Under the pieces are notes generated by a model. The model did no database searches. It was not told the DNA's origin and saw only the letters and a list, made by a program, of their open reading frames with translations. A DNA stretch of 64,000 nt from Minisyncoccota bacterium (GTDB taxonomy: Bacteria > Patescibacteriota > Minisyncoccia > Phycocordibacterales > SBAW01). Numbering within the stretch: the stretch's first letter is position 1; the number at the start of each line of letters is the position of its first letter. The position numbers and the translations under genes were made by a program. The stretch spans positions 18,546 through 82,545 of the forward strand of contig DASZRD010000006.1 of NCBI GenBank assembly GCA_035549255.1. The letters are read 5' to 3'. Of this stretch, positions 37,707-47,551 are shown one piece after another.

Positions 37707-39251
37707 ATGCACTACGCTAGCGTCTACGGCGCGCAGACTTCTCTGCTCTCGCCGTACTTAGTTTCGATAGAAACCGACCTCTCGCGCGGCCTCCACGCCT
37801 TCACGATCGTCGGGCTGCCCGACAAGGCAGTTGAAGAATCGCGCGACCGCGTCGCGGCAGCTATAAAGCACAGCGGGTTTGATAGTCCAAAATCGCGCAA
37901 CCAGAAGGTCGTCATCTCCCTCGCACCCGCCGACCTCAAGAAAGAAGGGCCGCTTTTTGATTTGCCCATCGCGCTCTCGTATCTCCTCGCCGCAGAAGAT
38001 ATCACGTTCGACCCGGAGCCGTACGTATTCATCGGCGAGCTGGCGCTCGACGGGACGCTCCGCGCAGTGCGCGGCGTACTACCGCTGGTAAACGAAGCGA
38101 AGAAGCAAGGGAAAAGGGCAGTCTTCGTGCCGAAGGAAAATGTCGAGGAAGCGGCGCTCGTGGGCGGCATCGATATCTTCGGCGCAGAAACGCTCGCCGA
38201 CGTTATCGCGCACCTCAACACGCGCACAAGCGACGACCCTAAGAAGCCTGCGAAGAAATTGATTCCCGCGGTGCAGACGAAAGTAGAGCCAGATTTTGCG
38301 GAAGGGAAGTTTGCGCTCGAGGACATCCGCGGCCAGGCGGGCGCCAAGCGCGCGGCCATTATCGCCGCTGCCGGCGGCCACAACCTCGGCCTCTCGGGGC
38401 CGCCGGGCACAGGGAAGACCATGCTCGCCCGCGCGCTGGCCTCGGTCCTCCCGCCGCTTACCTTCGATGAGCTCATGGAGGTGAACTCGATACATTCGGT
38501 CGCGGGGATTCTGCGCGGCAGCCTCATCACAATGCCGCCGATGCGCAGCCCGCACCATACGGCTTCATACGTTTCGATCGTCGGCGGCGGGGCAAACCCG
38601 CGCCCCGGCGAGGCGACGCTCGCGCATCGCGGCGTGCTCTTCCTCGACGAGTTTCCGGAGTTCGAGCGCCGCGTCATCGAGGCGCTGCGCCAGCCGATGG
38701 AAGATCGGATCATTTCTGTTTCTCGCGCACGCGGCACGGCGCAATTTCCGGCTCGTTTCACGCTCGTAGCCGCGATGAACCCGTGCCCCTGCGGCAACTA
38801 CGGCCACCCCGAGATCGCGTGTACTTGCACGCCGCTTGCACTCGAGCGTTATCGCCGCAAGATTTCTGGCCCGATCAATGACCGCATCGACCTCTGGGTC
38901 ACGATGGGACCGGTTGAGCTGGGCGAGCTTGGCAAAAGAAATAAAGAGGGGACAGAAACCCTGTCGGCGCGCGAACAAGTCACGCGTGCCAGAGCGATGC
39001 AGCAAAAAAGATTCGGCAAGGAAGGGAAGCTTAACAGCGAGCTTAGCCCGCGAGAACTCGACGACCTCGTACCGCTCTCGCCAAAAGTCCGCTCGACCCT
39101 TGAGGCAGCGGGCATGCGGCTGGCGCTTAGTCCGCGCGCATTCCACCGCGTTATCAAAGTCGCGCGCACGATTGCAGACCTCGACGGCAGCGAAGAGCTC
39201 ACCGAGTCGCATGCATTAGAAGCGCTCCAGTACCGCGAACGAAAAAGTTAA
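37707..39251 (+). CDS. comM: YifB/ComM-family Mg-chelatase-like AAA+ ATPase
   Basis: LSGPPGTGKTM, VLFLDEFPEF, CPCG zinc motif. Confidence 0.9.
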   Translation: MHYASVYGAQTSLLSPYLVSIETDLSRGLHAFTIVGLPDKAVEESRDRVAAAIKHSGFDSPKSRNQKVVISLAPADLKKEGPLFDLPIALSYLLAAEDITFDPEPYVFIGELALDGTLRAVRGVLPLVNEAKKQGKRAVFVPKENVEEAALVGGIDIFGAETLADVIAHLNTRTSDDPKKPAKKLIPAVQTKVEPDFAEGKFALEDIRGQAGAKRAAIIAAAGGHNLGLSGPPGTGKTMLARALASVLPPLTFDELMEVNSIHSVAGILRGSLITMPPMRSPHHTASYVSIVGGGANPRPGEATLAHRGVLFLDEFPEFERRVIEALRQPMEDRIISVSRARGTAQFPARFTLVAAMNPCPCGNYGHPEIACTCTPLALERYRRKISGPINDRIDLWVTMGPVELGELGKRNKEGTETLSAREQVTRARAMQQKRFGKEGKLNSELSPRELDDLVPLSPKVRSTLEAAGMRLALSPRAFHRVIKVARTIADLDGSEELTESHALEALQYRERKS

Positions 39252-39359
39252 ATGGGTTTCTTTCCTCCGACATTGAACACAAAGATTGTAGGGGAAATGG
39301 CACGGAAAAAATCATCAGGAAGAATATGCTGATGTATATTCCGAAGACACTGGTATGAC

Positions 39360-40790
39360 TTACATCAGTAGAAAGTAGTCGAGCGGTAGTTTAACGACGT
39401 TGTCTTCCTTAGAGAGCATGAGGTCGGTAGTACAAACCACGACACCGAAATCGGTTTTGTAGTTTTTCATTGTCTGCTTTGCCTGCTCATAACCCTTTCT
39501 TCCGATACCCACCTCAAAAGCAATCTGCTTCTTGTTCGCGATTTGGAGGATGAAGTCAGCGCCACCTTGTGACACGTCGTAGGTCAGCGTTCCTGTGCGA
39601 GTAGCGACAAACTCACGGTAAAAGTGAAGTCCTGCAACATCCTCCAAGAATTTTCCACGTCTCCCCATAAAGGTTTCTCCAATGCCCGTCACATTCAATA
39701 GTGCAGCGCGCATCGCAGGACTCATAAATAGGTACTTAGCAGGCTTCCTTGCCTGTGCTGCGTTAGAACCCTGAGCTGGGACCTTGATGATGAGCTCTGC
39801 TTTTTCCAGCGCATCAAGCACGGCTTGTATAGTGTTATAGCTTATTTTGAGAATATTGCTCGCCTTGTTCGCACTAAGTACATCGCCCTCAGCCATCATA
39901 AAGAGCAGTCGCTTGGCAGCACTCAGCGTTGCAGCATCAAACTGACCAAGGTCTTTAATATCCTTATCTATGATGCGATCGAGAAGAATGCTGATGTTGT
40001 CATACGCACTCGGTGTAAGCTCCTTCAGGGTAAACGGAAGCGTGCCGTTCATGAGGTATTCGTTGATGTCTGAGCGGTCAAAACGCGCCCACTGAGCGGC
40101 CACTGTTGATTCGAGCTTCTTCAGACGATTGAACGCATCCTCTGCGCTTGCCGCTTCGTACAAAGCTTCCTTTATCTGATTCTTGAGACCAGCGGAAGGA
40201 AACTTATTATTCTTAATCATCTGATACTCGCCAAAGCTGAGCGGGTACAACTTCTCGAACTTCGCACGTCGTGCAACATCAGGATTGGACTGGAGAGAAA
40301 CAGCGGAGGAACCTGTCGTAAATATAAAAATGTTTCTTGCGCGATCATGCAAAGATTTCAGTACTGCCGCCCAGTTCTTATCTTGCTGCACTTCGTCTAT
40401 GAATAGAAGAGTGGGGCGATCCAACTTCTCGAATGGCACATTGAGTACGTATTCATACGCATCGAGAGCATCGGTGAGCGAAAGACCACGTGTGACCAGG
40501 TCATCAGTCGAGAAATATAGAAAATTTGCAGCCGTCGGTACCGTGTTCCTCTTCGTGCTCAGGAATACTTGCGCCATGACGGTAGTTTTGCCGACGCCGC
40601 GGAGTCCCGGTACCACAACCCAGCGATAATCACGTTCGCCTTTCAAGAAGTCACGAACGTATTTCATAACCTTGATAACCATGTGTCGTTCAGGGTAGGT
40701 GAAGGTCGGACTCTTGAAGACATACGGAACAAGCCGGGCTTCGCCTCGGTTTATCTGCTCCTGTATGTATGTTACGGCTTCAGTTTTCAT
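39360..40790 (-). CDS. AAA+ ATPase of the COG1373/DUF4143 type, on a low-GC island
   Basis: Walker A GLRGVGKTT, Walker B LLFIDEVQ; GC is markedly lower than in flanking DNA. Confidence 0.72.
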   Translation of the reverse strand: MKTEAVTYIQEQINRGEARLVPYVFKSPTFTYPERHMVIKVMKYVRDFLKGERDYRWVVVPGLRGVGKTTVMAQVFLSTKRNTVPTAANFLYFSTDDLVTRGLSLTDALDAYEYVLNVPFEKLDRPTLLFIDEVQQDKNWAAVLKSLHDRARNIFIFTTGSSAVSLQSNPDVARRAKFEKLYPLSFGEYQMIKNNKFPSAGLKNQIKEALYEAASAEDAFNRLKKLESTVAAQWARFDRSDINEYLMNGTLPFTLKELTPSAYDNISILLDRIIDKDIKDLGQFDAATLSAAKRLLFMMAEGDVLSANKASNILKISYNTIQAVLDALEKAELIIKVPAQGSNAAQARKPAKYLFMSPAMRAALLNVTGIGETFMGRRGKFLEDVAGLHFYREFVATRTGTLTYDVSQGGADFILQIANKKQIAFEVGIGRKGYEQAKQTMKNYKTDFGVVVCTTDLMLSKEDNVVKLPLDYFLLM

Positions 40791-41012
40791 ATTTCTACTT
40801 ATTCAGTTGGTTGAATAAGTAAACCAACTTACTTAGTCATTCTATTGAATAAGTAAGTTCTGTCAAGGACATATCCTTATAAACAAGGATATTTTTGCCT
40901 ACTTACTTTTTATCCACATATCCACAAAAGGCCTCAAAATAACGGTTTTCATGAAAAAGAACATTGCTGCGCTTAACGATACTACCACTTTGCAAACCGA
41001 CCGTCCTAACAG

Positions 41013-41039
41013 TTGTCTCGAATAAACCCCGGCGCGGAC
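41013..41039 (-). terminator. Intrinsic terminator on the minus strand (CCCCGGCG-CGGA-CGCCGGGG followed by TTTATT)
   Basis: Perfect GC-rich 8-bp stem plus a T-rich tail. Confidence 0.5.
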
Positions 41040-41334
41040 GCCGGGGTCAGGAACGGAAAGAGATGATCGGTCACTGGCTACGCTTGGCAGCGAGGCGCTC
41101 GGCCTCAATTTCTGCGGCAGTGACGATATCGAGTGTGCCACGCGCATCGGCAGGCAACTCGGTTGCGTCATCACACATGAAACGGAATGCGTGATCGGGC
41201 GGCAGATCAAGCCGCGCGTCGTGAAGTGGTTGGATCTTTTGTATCACCGCTCTATCCGCTGTTGGTGAAAGGGCTTACATTTCGACCTTACCATACTTTG
41301 GTTTCGAGTAACATTTCTGCTAGTATGAGCGTGC

Positions 41335-42183
41335 GTGAAAAAGATTTGGATATACATCGGGCTTGGCGTACTTGGCGTCTTTGCACTTATCGGCGTCCTC
41401 TTTACGGGAGTATATATCGCCATGCAATTTAATCTCCTTAATGTGCGCGGCTCCATCGCCGAGCGCAACGCATTTTTCTTGGGTTCAGCGACCTCGACGG
41501 TCGCCAAGCAGCCGTGCGACGATGTCACACAGACCATCTGCGCGTGGAATGACACGCCCGAGTGGGCGGTCGTTAAAGGCGGCCTTACGAAAGACGCGTC
41601 GGTAATTGCGCGCGTCTCCCAGGAAACCGGGGTCGACCAGCGCATGATCGCGGCGGTCGTCGTACCAGAGCAGATACGCTTCTTCACCTCAAACAGGGAA
41701 GTGTTCAAGCGCTACTTCGAGCCGCTCAAGATTTTGGGCTCGCTATCGCAATTCTCGCTCGGCGTCTCGGGTATCAAGGAAGATACCGCGAAGGCGATCG
41801 AAGCATACGCGGGAGATCCGACATCGCCCTTTTATCCGGGCGACGGCATAGCTGCGCTCATTGCATATCCTGCAGGTGTCGACCACGACGAGGAACTCTA
41901 CAACCGCCTCACTGATGCAAAAGATCATTATTATTCAATCCTCTATACCGCGCTCTATATCAAAGAGATCGAGGCCCAATGGGCGCGCGCTGGCTACGAC
42001 GTATCGAAGAATCCCGGCGCGATCACGACGCTCTTTAATATCGGCTTCGGCGCATCGCACCCGAACCCCAACCCTCAAGCCGCCGGCGCGGCGATCGTAG
42101 TTGGCGGCCACACGTACACGTACGGCGAACTCGGCGCAGACTTCTACACCTCAGACGAGCTCACGGATATATTCCCCGAATAA
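41335..42183 (+). CDS. Hypothetical membrane-anchored protein (GTG start)
   Basis: 282 aa with an N-terminal TM helix; no recognisable family. Confidence 0.55.
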   Translation: MKKIWIYIGLGVLGVFALIGVLFTGVYIAMQFNLLNVRGSIAERNAFFLGSATSTVAKQPCDDVTQTICAWNDTPEWAVVKGGLTKDASVIARVSQETGVDQRMIAAVVVPEQIRFFTSNREVFKRYFEPLKILGSLSQFSLGVSGIKEDTAKAIEAYAGDPTSPFYPGDGIAALIAYPAGVDHDEELYNRLTDAKDHYYSILYTALYIKEIEAQWARAGYDVSKNPGAITTLFNIGFGASHPNPNPQAAGAAIVVGGHTYTYGELGADFYTSDELTDIFPE

Positions 42184-42197
42184 AAAACGGGAGAAAT

Positions 42198-43313
42198 TTA
42201 ATTAGCGAAAGGATTCTGCGCGCCGCGGACTTCGAAATGGAGATGGTTGCCGGTTGCCTCGCCGGTCATGCCAACCTTGCCTATAGTCTGGCCCTGAACA
42301 ACCTGGTCGCCGACCGATGCGAGCACCTGGCTCATGTGCGCGTAGAGCGTCTGCGTGCCGTTGGAATGCTGAATGACGACGTAGTTGCCATAGCCGCCGT
42401 TCCACGCGCCGTTATTCTTGGCGACAATAACCGTACCTGCAGCCGCAGCAAAGATCGATGTCCCCTTGGGCGCGCCGATATCGACGGCGTTCCAGCCGTG
42501 GAGCCCCTGCGTGATGATGCCGCCGTCCAGAGGCCAGGCGAAGTAGCCGGGGATCGCCGGCCCGCTGCCGCCGAGATAGGGCTCCGTGGTCGCACCGCTC
42601 GCAATGCTCTTGATGGCGGCCGTGTGCGACGACGAAGCGGAGGGCGCTTTGGTAGAACTTGGCGTCGAGGCAATGACGCCGTCCGGTATGATAACGACCG
42701 TTCCTACGGCAAGCGTTGAAGAAGCGTCAAGATTGTTATAATCCGCAATATCGCGGGCGTTTGATTTATATTTGGTAGCAAGATTGGCAATAGTGTCTCC
42801 TGCCACGACCGTGTGTCTGATGCCCGTAACAGGAAGGATGATAAGCTCCTCGCCCGGGTGGATAACCCCGCCTTGGATATCGTTGGCCCAGACGATGGTA
42901 TTGACTGAGACATTGAACATCGCCGCGATGCCGGACAAGTTGTCGCCGCTGCGGACGGTGTAGACGCTGATTTGCGAAGACTGCGGGGTATCTTCGGTAT
43001 CCGACACGACACCCGAGGGGCCGTCGGCAGGCACCAGTGCGCTGCCATCAACAACCGTAATATCCCCGCCGCCCTTGGCAGGGTTGGGGTCGAGATTCAC
43101 CGCCGGCTCGAGGAGCGCCATGGTCTGAGAGTTCGACGCAGTGGTATCAGCGCTGGCTAATTGGGCCGACTTTTCAAAGAGGAGCGTAAAGATCGAGAGC
43201 ATGCCCGCCTGCGCAAAGAGGGGAACTGCAAGCATAGAAATAGACGCCAAACCCAGTGAGAGCTTGAAAAATAAGGCGTTTTTAGCCTTCTTCGGGAAAT
43301 ATGGCTTAACCAC
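42198..43313 (-). CDS. LysM-domain M23 family metallopeptidase (peptidoglycan endopeptidase)
   Basis: Two LysM motifs (YTVRSGDNLSGIA, HTVVAGDTIANLA) and an M23 HxH motif (NHLHFE). Confidence 0.85.
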   Translation of the reverse strand: MVKPYFPKKAKNALFFKLSLGLASISMLAVPLFAQAGMLSIFTLLFEKSAQLASADTTASNSQTMALLEPAVNLDPNPAKGGGDITVVDGSALVPADGPSGVVSDTEDTPQSSQISVYTVRSGDNLSGIAAMFNVSVNTIVWANDIQGGVIHPGEELIILPVTGIRHTVVAGDTIANLATKYKSNARDIADYNNLDASSTLAVGTVVIIPDGVIASTPSSTKAPSASSSHTAAIKSIASGATTEPYLGGSGPAIPGYFAWPLDGGIITQGLHGWNAVDIGAPKGTSIFAAAAGTVIVAKNNGAWNGGYGNYVVIQHSNGTQTLYAHMSQVLASVGDQVVQGQTIGKVGMTGEATGNHLHFEVRGAQNPFAN

Positions 43314-43476
43314 CGAAGAAGGGTCTGTTTTTTGGGGAGCTATAAGCCTAAATTAACCAGAATTTCACCCTTTTCTGTCAATAAATGGCTTGGTTGAGCC
43401 ATTTAATCCTCCGTTCATACCGCACTTACCCACTATACCGAAGTGAGAGGGAGGGTCAACGTAGTTAAAATTGCCC

Positions 43477-43485
43477 TGTGGATAA
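43477..43485. promoter_or_regulatory. Perfect DnaA box (TGTGGATAA) 25 nt upstream of uvrD
   Basis: Exact match to the reverse complement of TTATCCACA. Confidence 0.4.
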
Positions 43486-43507
43486 CTCGCCCCGATGGTA
43501 TATATGA

Positions 43508-45430
43508 GTGATGGAGCATCTTTCAGGACTCAACGAGGCTCAAAAGGAGGCGGTTTTGACGACCGACGGGCCGCTTTTGGTGCTCGCGGGCGCCGGGGCG
43601 GGGAAGACGCGCGTCATTACACACCGGATACTCGAAATCGTGCGAAAGGGTACGGCGCCCGAGCATATTCTGGCGATCACGTTTACCAACAAGGCCGCCG
43701 CCGAGATGCGCGAGCGCGCCATGGCGCTCTTGCGCGGCAATGCCGACCTGGCGCGCCCCGCTTTCGAAGTCGCCCGGCCGCCATTTATATCGACCTTCCA
43801 CTCGCTGGGACTCACTTTAATTAAGGAAAACTCGAAATTGCTCGGCTTTAAGCGCTCGCCGGCCATCTACGACCGTGCGGATTCCATGCGCGCCATCAAG
43901 GAGGCGCTCAAATCCGTGGGCCTCGAGGAAATCGAGCCGAGAGCGGCGCTCTCGTTCATTTCGCGCAACAAGGGGGAGGGGGTACGCGCGAGCGAGTTTG
44001 AGAGCGAGAGCCCCTACGAGCGCTCGATCGCCGGCGTGTGGCTTGCCTACGAACGGGCGCTCGCCCAGGACGGCGCGCTCGACTTCGATGACCTCCTGCT
44101 GCGCGCGCTTATCCTGCTGCGCGACAACCCGGAGGCGCGCGCCAGGTACCAGAAGCGCTGGCCCTACATCCTTATTGACGAGTATCAGGACACTAACCGC
44201 ATCCAGGCAGAGATGGTTGAGCTCCTGGTCGGCGAGAATAAAAATATCTGCGCGGTCGGCGACATCGACCAGACCATCTACGGCTGGCGCGGCGCGCAGA
44301 TCGCCAACATACTCTCGTTCGAAAAGACCTATCCGGGCGCAAAAGTAATTTTGCTCGAGGAGAACTACCGCTCGACTAAGAATATACTTTCGGCGGCCAA
44401 CGATGTGATCGCCAAGAACATGTACCGCCGCGAGAAGAACCTCTATACCAAAAATGCCGACGGGGATCTCATATCCTTCTACCAGGCGTTCGACGAGGGG
44501 GACGAAGGGCAGTTTATCGCGCGAACGATACGGGAGAAGGTGCGGGCCGGCGCGCAACCCAAGGACTTCTGCGTGCTCTATCGCGCCAACTTCCAATCGC
44601 GCGCGATCGAAGAAGCGCTGCTCAACTCGGATATCTCCTACCAGGTGCTCGGGACGAAGTTCTTCGAGCGCAAAGAAGTGAAGGATGCGCTCTCATTCAT
44701 CCGCGCGGCGCTCTATGAGACGTCGGCCGACGTTGCGCGCGTCGCGAACGTCCCGCCGCGCGGCATCGGCAAAGTGACGCTCCTCAAGATGCTCGGGGGA
44801 TTCGAGAGCGAGATTGCCGGCGCAACGGGGGAGAAGGTGCGGGCATTTAGGACGCTGCTTAAGAAGATACGCGATGCCGCGGAGAGACTGCTGCCCTCGC
44901 AGCTCGTGCAATTTGTCATGATCGAGACTGGCATGGAGCGTACGTACAAGGAAGACATGCAGGAGGGCGGCGAGCGCCTGGAGAACGTGCGCGAGCTGGT
45001 CTCGCTCGCAACGCGGTGGGATGCGGCGAGCGAGACGCCGATCGAATGTACGGAGAAATTCCTAGAGTCCGCCGCACTTCAGTCCGATCAAGATGAGTTG
45101 AAGGATGAGCAAAACGCCGTGCGCCTCATGACGGTGCACGCGGCCAAGGGGCTTGAGTTCCCGCACGTGTTCATCACTGGCTTAGAAGAAGGACTTTTCC
45201 CGTATGAGCGCGACGAGGGGGATGCGGCCGACAAGGAGGAGGAGCGCCGCCTCATGTACGTGGCGCTCACCCGCGCACGCGAGAAGGTGTACCTAAGCTA
45301 TGCCTCCTATCGCACGGTCTTCGGCTCCAAGAACGCGACCATCCCTTCGCAATTCCTCTCCGACATACCCGAGGGCCTCCTTGAGTATGAGGCGCCGGAG
45401 CGTATCGGCCGCACGATTTACCTCGACTAG
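43508..45430 (+). CDS. uvrD: UvrD/PcrA-family ATP-dependent DNA helicase
   Basis: AGAGAGKT Walker A, DEYQDTN, and SF1 motifs through VALTRAR. Confidence 0.93.
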   Translation: MMEHLSGLNEAQKEAVLTTDGPLLVLAGAGAGKTRVITHRILEIVRKGTAPEHILAITFTNKAAAEMRERAMALLRGNADLARPAFEVARPPFISTFHSLGLTLIKENSKLLGFKRSPAIYDRADSMRAIKEALKSVGLEEIEPRAALSFISRNKGEGVRASEFESESPYERSIAGVWLAYERALAQDGALDFDDLLLRALILLRDNPEARARYQKRWPYILIDEYQDTNRIQAEMVELLVGENKNICAVGDIDQTIYGWRGAQIANILSFEKTYPGAKVILLEENYRSTKNILSAANDVIAKNMYRREKNLYTKNADGDLISFYQAFDEGDEGQFIARTIREKVRAGAQPKDFCVLYRANFQSRAIEEALLNSDISYQVLGTKFFERKEVKDALSFIRAALYETSADVARVANVPPRGIGKVTLLKMLGGFESEIAGATGEKVRAFRTLLKKIRDAAERLLPSQLVQFVMIETGMERTYKEDMQEGGERLENVRELVSLATRWDAASETPIECTEKFLESAALQSDQDELKDEQNAVRLMTVHAAKGLEFPHVFITGLEEGLFPYERDEGDAADKEEERRLMYVALTRAREKVYLSYASYRTVFGSKNATIPSQFLSDIPEGLLEYEAPERIGRTIYLD

Positions 45431-45432
45431 CC

Positions 45433-46209
45433 ATGTTTGAAAAAAAGAAATCGCTCGGGCAAAACTTCCTTACCTCAACGCATTACCTTGCCCTGATCGC
45501 AGACACCGCGCGCCTTGAAAAAGATGAATGGGCGCTTGAGATCGGCCCGGGGGAGGGAACGCTTACGCAAGAGTTACTCGCGCGCGGCGCGAATGTCGTC
45601 GCGGTCGAGAAAGATCACCGGCTCATACCGATCCTCGCTGAAAAATTTGCACAGGAATTAGGTGAGGGAAGGCTCTCGCTCATCGAGGGCGACGCGCTCG
45701 AGAAAAATATCGAGATCGTCGAGCCGTATAAACTCGTAGCAAACATCCCGTATTATGTGACCGGCGCTATACTCGAGAAGTTTCTCTCGCACGAACATCA
45801 GCCAACGAGCGCGGTACTCTTGGTGCAAAAAGAGGTTGCGGAGAGAATCGCGCGCGAGAAGAAGGAGAGCATCCTCTCGCTCTCGGTTAAGGCGTATGGT
45901 AACCCAAAATATATAAAGACGGTTCCTGCGGGAGCGTTCTCTCCGCCGCCCAAGGTAGACTCGGCGATACTTTCTATAGAAAATATTTCTCGAGCGAATT
46001 TTACAGACCGCGCGCACGAGAAAAAATTCTTCGACCTTCTGCACGCCGGCTTCGCGCATAAGCGCAAGCTTTTAGCACGCAACCTTGAAGCGGTGCTAGG
46101 CGACAAAGCGGCAGGCGCGCTCGCAAGCGCGAACATCGCCGCGAACGTGCGCGCGGAGGACGTGCCGCTCAAGGGGTGGCTTGAGCTCGCAAGATTTAGA
46201 TACCGATAA
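45433..46209 (+). CDS. rsmA: 16S rRNA (adenine1518/1519-N6)-dimethyltransferase
   Basis: KKSLGQNFL N-terminal signature and the NIPY motif. Confidence 0.92.
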   Translation: MFEKKKSLGQNFLTSTHYLALIADTARLEKDEWALEIGPGEGTLTQELLARGANVVAVEKDHRLIPILAEKFAQELGEGRLSLIEGDALEKNIEIVEPYKLVANIPYYVTGAILEKFLSHEHQPTSAVLLVQKEVAERIAREKKESILSLSVKAYGNPKYIKTVPAGAFSPPPKVDSAILSIENISRANFTDRAHEKKFFDLLHAGFAHKRKLLARNLEAVLGDKAAGALASANIAANVRAEDVPLKGWLELARFRYR

Positions 46210-46606
46210 CGGGTATTGATCCGCCCGGGAAACTCGTACCAATATAGGTCATGCGCTGGCCGTATGAATAACTGAGGAATGTAAAAAGCCCGAACAAGCC
46301 GCCTTTGATCGGGTTCCAGCAGGCGAAGGGTATATCAGCAATACCCAGGATCTGTCCGCCGAGAATCGGCGGCCCAACGAGCATGGTAATCGTCGCTGGA
46401 GTCCAGATGTAATTCTTTACTATGGGGTTAATACCTGTAGACTTCACGCCCACCACCAATGAAGGACCCAAGGGGCTAATGCAAGGCGCTTCAGAGACTA
46501 TTCTTCCGCCAAAGGAGCCGGGTAATAGTTGCGCGGATGCCATCCCCGGGAGCAACAAACTGCCGACAAGCATGAATGCGGGAATAAAACGCAGATATCT
46601 ATGCAT
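46196..46606 (-). CDS. Small secreted hypothetical protein (leaderless; TATACT 6 nt upstream of the ATG)
   Basis: Signal peptide MHRYLRFIPAFMLVGSLLLPGMASAQ; Gly/Pro/Ile-rich mature part. Confidence 0.55.
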   Translation of the reverse strand: MHRYLRFIPAFMLVGSLLLPGMASAQLLPGSFGGRIVSEAPCISPLGPSLVVGVKSTGINPIVKNYIWTPATITMLVGPPILGGQILGIADIPFACWNPIKGGLFGLFTFLSYSYGQRMTYIGTSFPGGSIPVIGI

Positions 46607-46648
46607 GCATACAGTATAGCGCGGAAAAACCCTGCTATACTTTAGTCA

Positions 46649-47548
46649 ATGAATATTGCACGGTATCTTCCGAGTACCCAATTCTCCCTCATCGTATTTT
46701 CAATCCTGGCCGCCGGCGGCCTCGTACTTGCGGCGCAATACGTCACGACCCCGCACCCGACGGCAATGCCCAAGATAACAAGCTCGTCGACGCCGACATT
46801 GCCCGCACCGGATGCTAACTGGCAGGCGGCGCTCGACGCGATCCAGAGCCAGACGGGCATTACAGCGCCGGCTGCGCCAAGCGGCGACACCGTCAACAAT
46901 CTCCTGACCGCTGCGCAAAGCGACAATCTCACCACTACGGTAGGCCGCACGTTGCTGGTCAACATCTCGGCCGCCAAATCGCAAGGATTGGGGAGCGATA
47001 TCCCGACCCAGGACCAGCTCATTGCCCAGGCGAGCAGTCAGATCTCGGTAGGAGCTGACGCCCATGTCTACAAAATATCCGATCTTACGACTGCCCCGCA
47101 GACTTCGGACGCGCTTAAGGCCTATGGCAACGCGGTTATAGCAGCTATCAGCACCCACCCCAGCGCCTCCTATGATGCGACCATGAAAGTAGTCGCACAA
47201 GCCTCAGACTCCGGCAGCTCGGCGCCTCTCTCGCAACTCACTGCGATCGGGAAGGATTATCAAGGCCTCGTGAAGGATCTGCTTGCCGTGCCGGTGCCTC
47301 CGACATTCGCTCCGTTTCATCTCAAGGTCATCAATGATTTCTCAACCATGGCGGCCTCATTTACCGACATGCAAGCTATGATCGACGACCCGCTGCGCGG
47401 TATCGCCGCGCTCCAGACGTACCAATCGAATAATAACGAAGCGACGCGAGTGTTTATAAATATCGCCCAGGCACTCAATCAGCAAGGTATACTTTTCAAT
47501 ACGAGCGAACCCGGAGCGGCGTGGGCACAACTTCTCTCTGCGCAATAA
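46649..47548 (+). CDS. Membrane-anchored hypothetical protein (first gene of the T4SS-like region; leaderless with a TATACT -10)
   Basis: 299 aa; N-terminal TM helix then a Ser/Thr/Ala-rich extracytoplasmic domain. Confidence 0.55.
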   Translation: MNIARYLPSTQFSLIVFSILAAGGLVLAAQYVTTPHPTAMPKITSSSTPTLPAPDANWQAALDAIQSQTGITAPAAPSGDTVNNLLTAAQSDNLTTTVGRTLLVNISAAKSQGLGSDIPTQDQLIAQASSQISVGADAHVYKISDLTTAPQTSDALKAYGNAVIAAISTHPSASYDATMKVVAQASDSGSSAPLSQLTAIGKDYQGLVKDLLAVPVPPTFAPFHLKVINDFSTMAASFTDMQAMIDDPLRGIAALQTYQSNNNEATRVFINIAQALNQQGILFNTSEPGAAWAQLLSAQ

Positions 47549-47551
47549 CAT

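Noticed and set aside
37724-38797. 357-aa minus-strand ORF
   Set aside because: Antisense of comM/yifB.
40899-41210. 103-aa minus-strand ORF
   Set aside because: Spans the strong minus-strand terminator at 41013..41039; no start signal.
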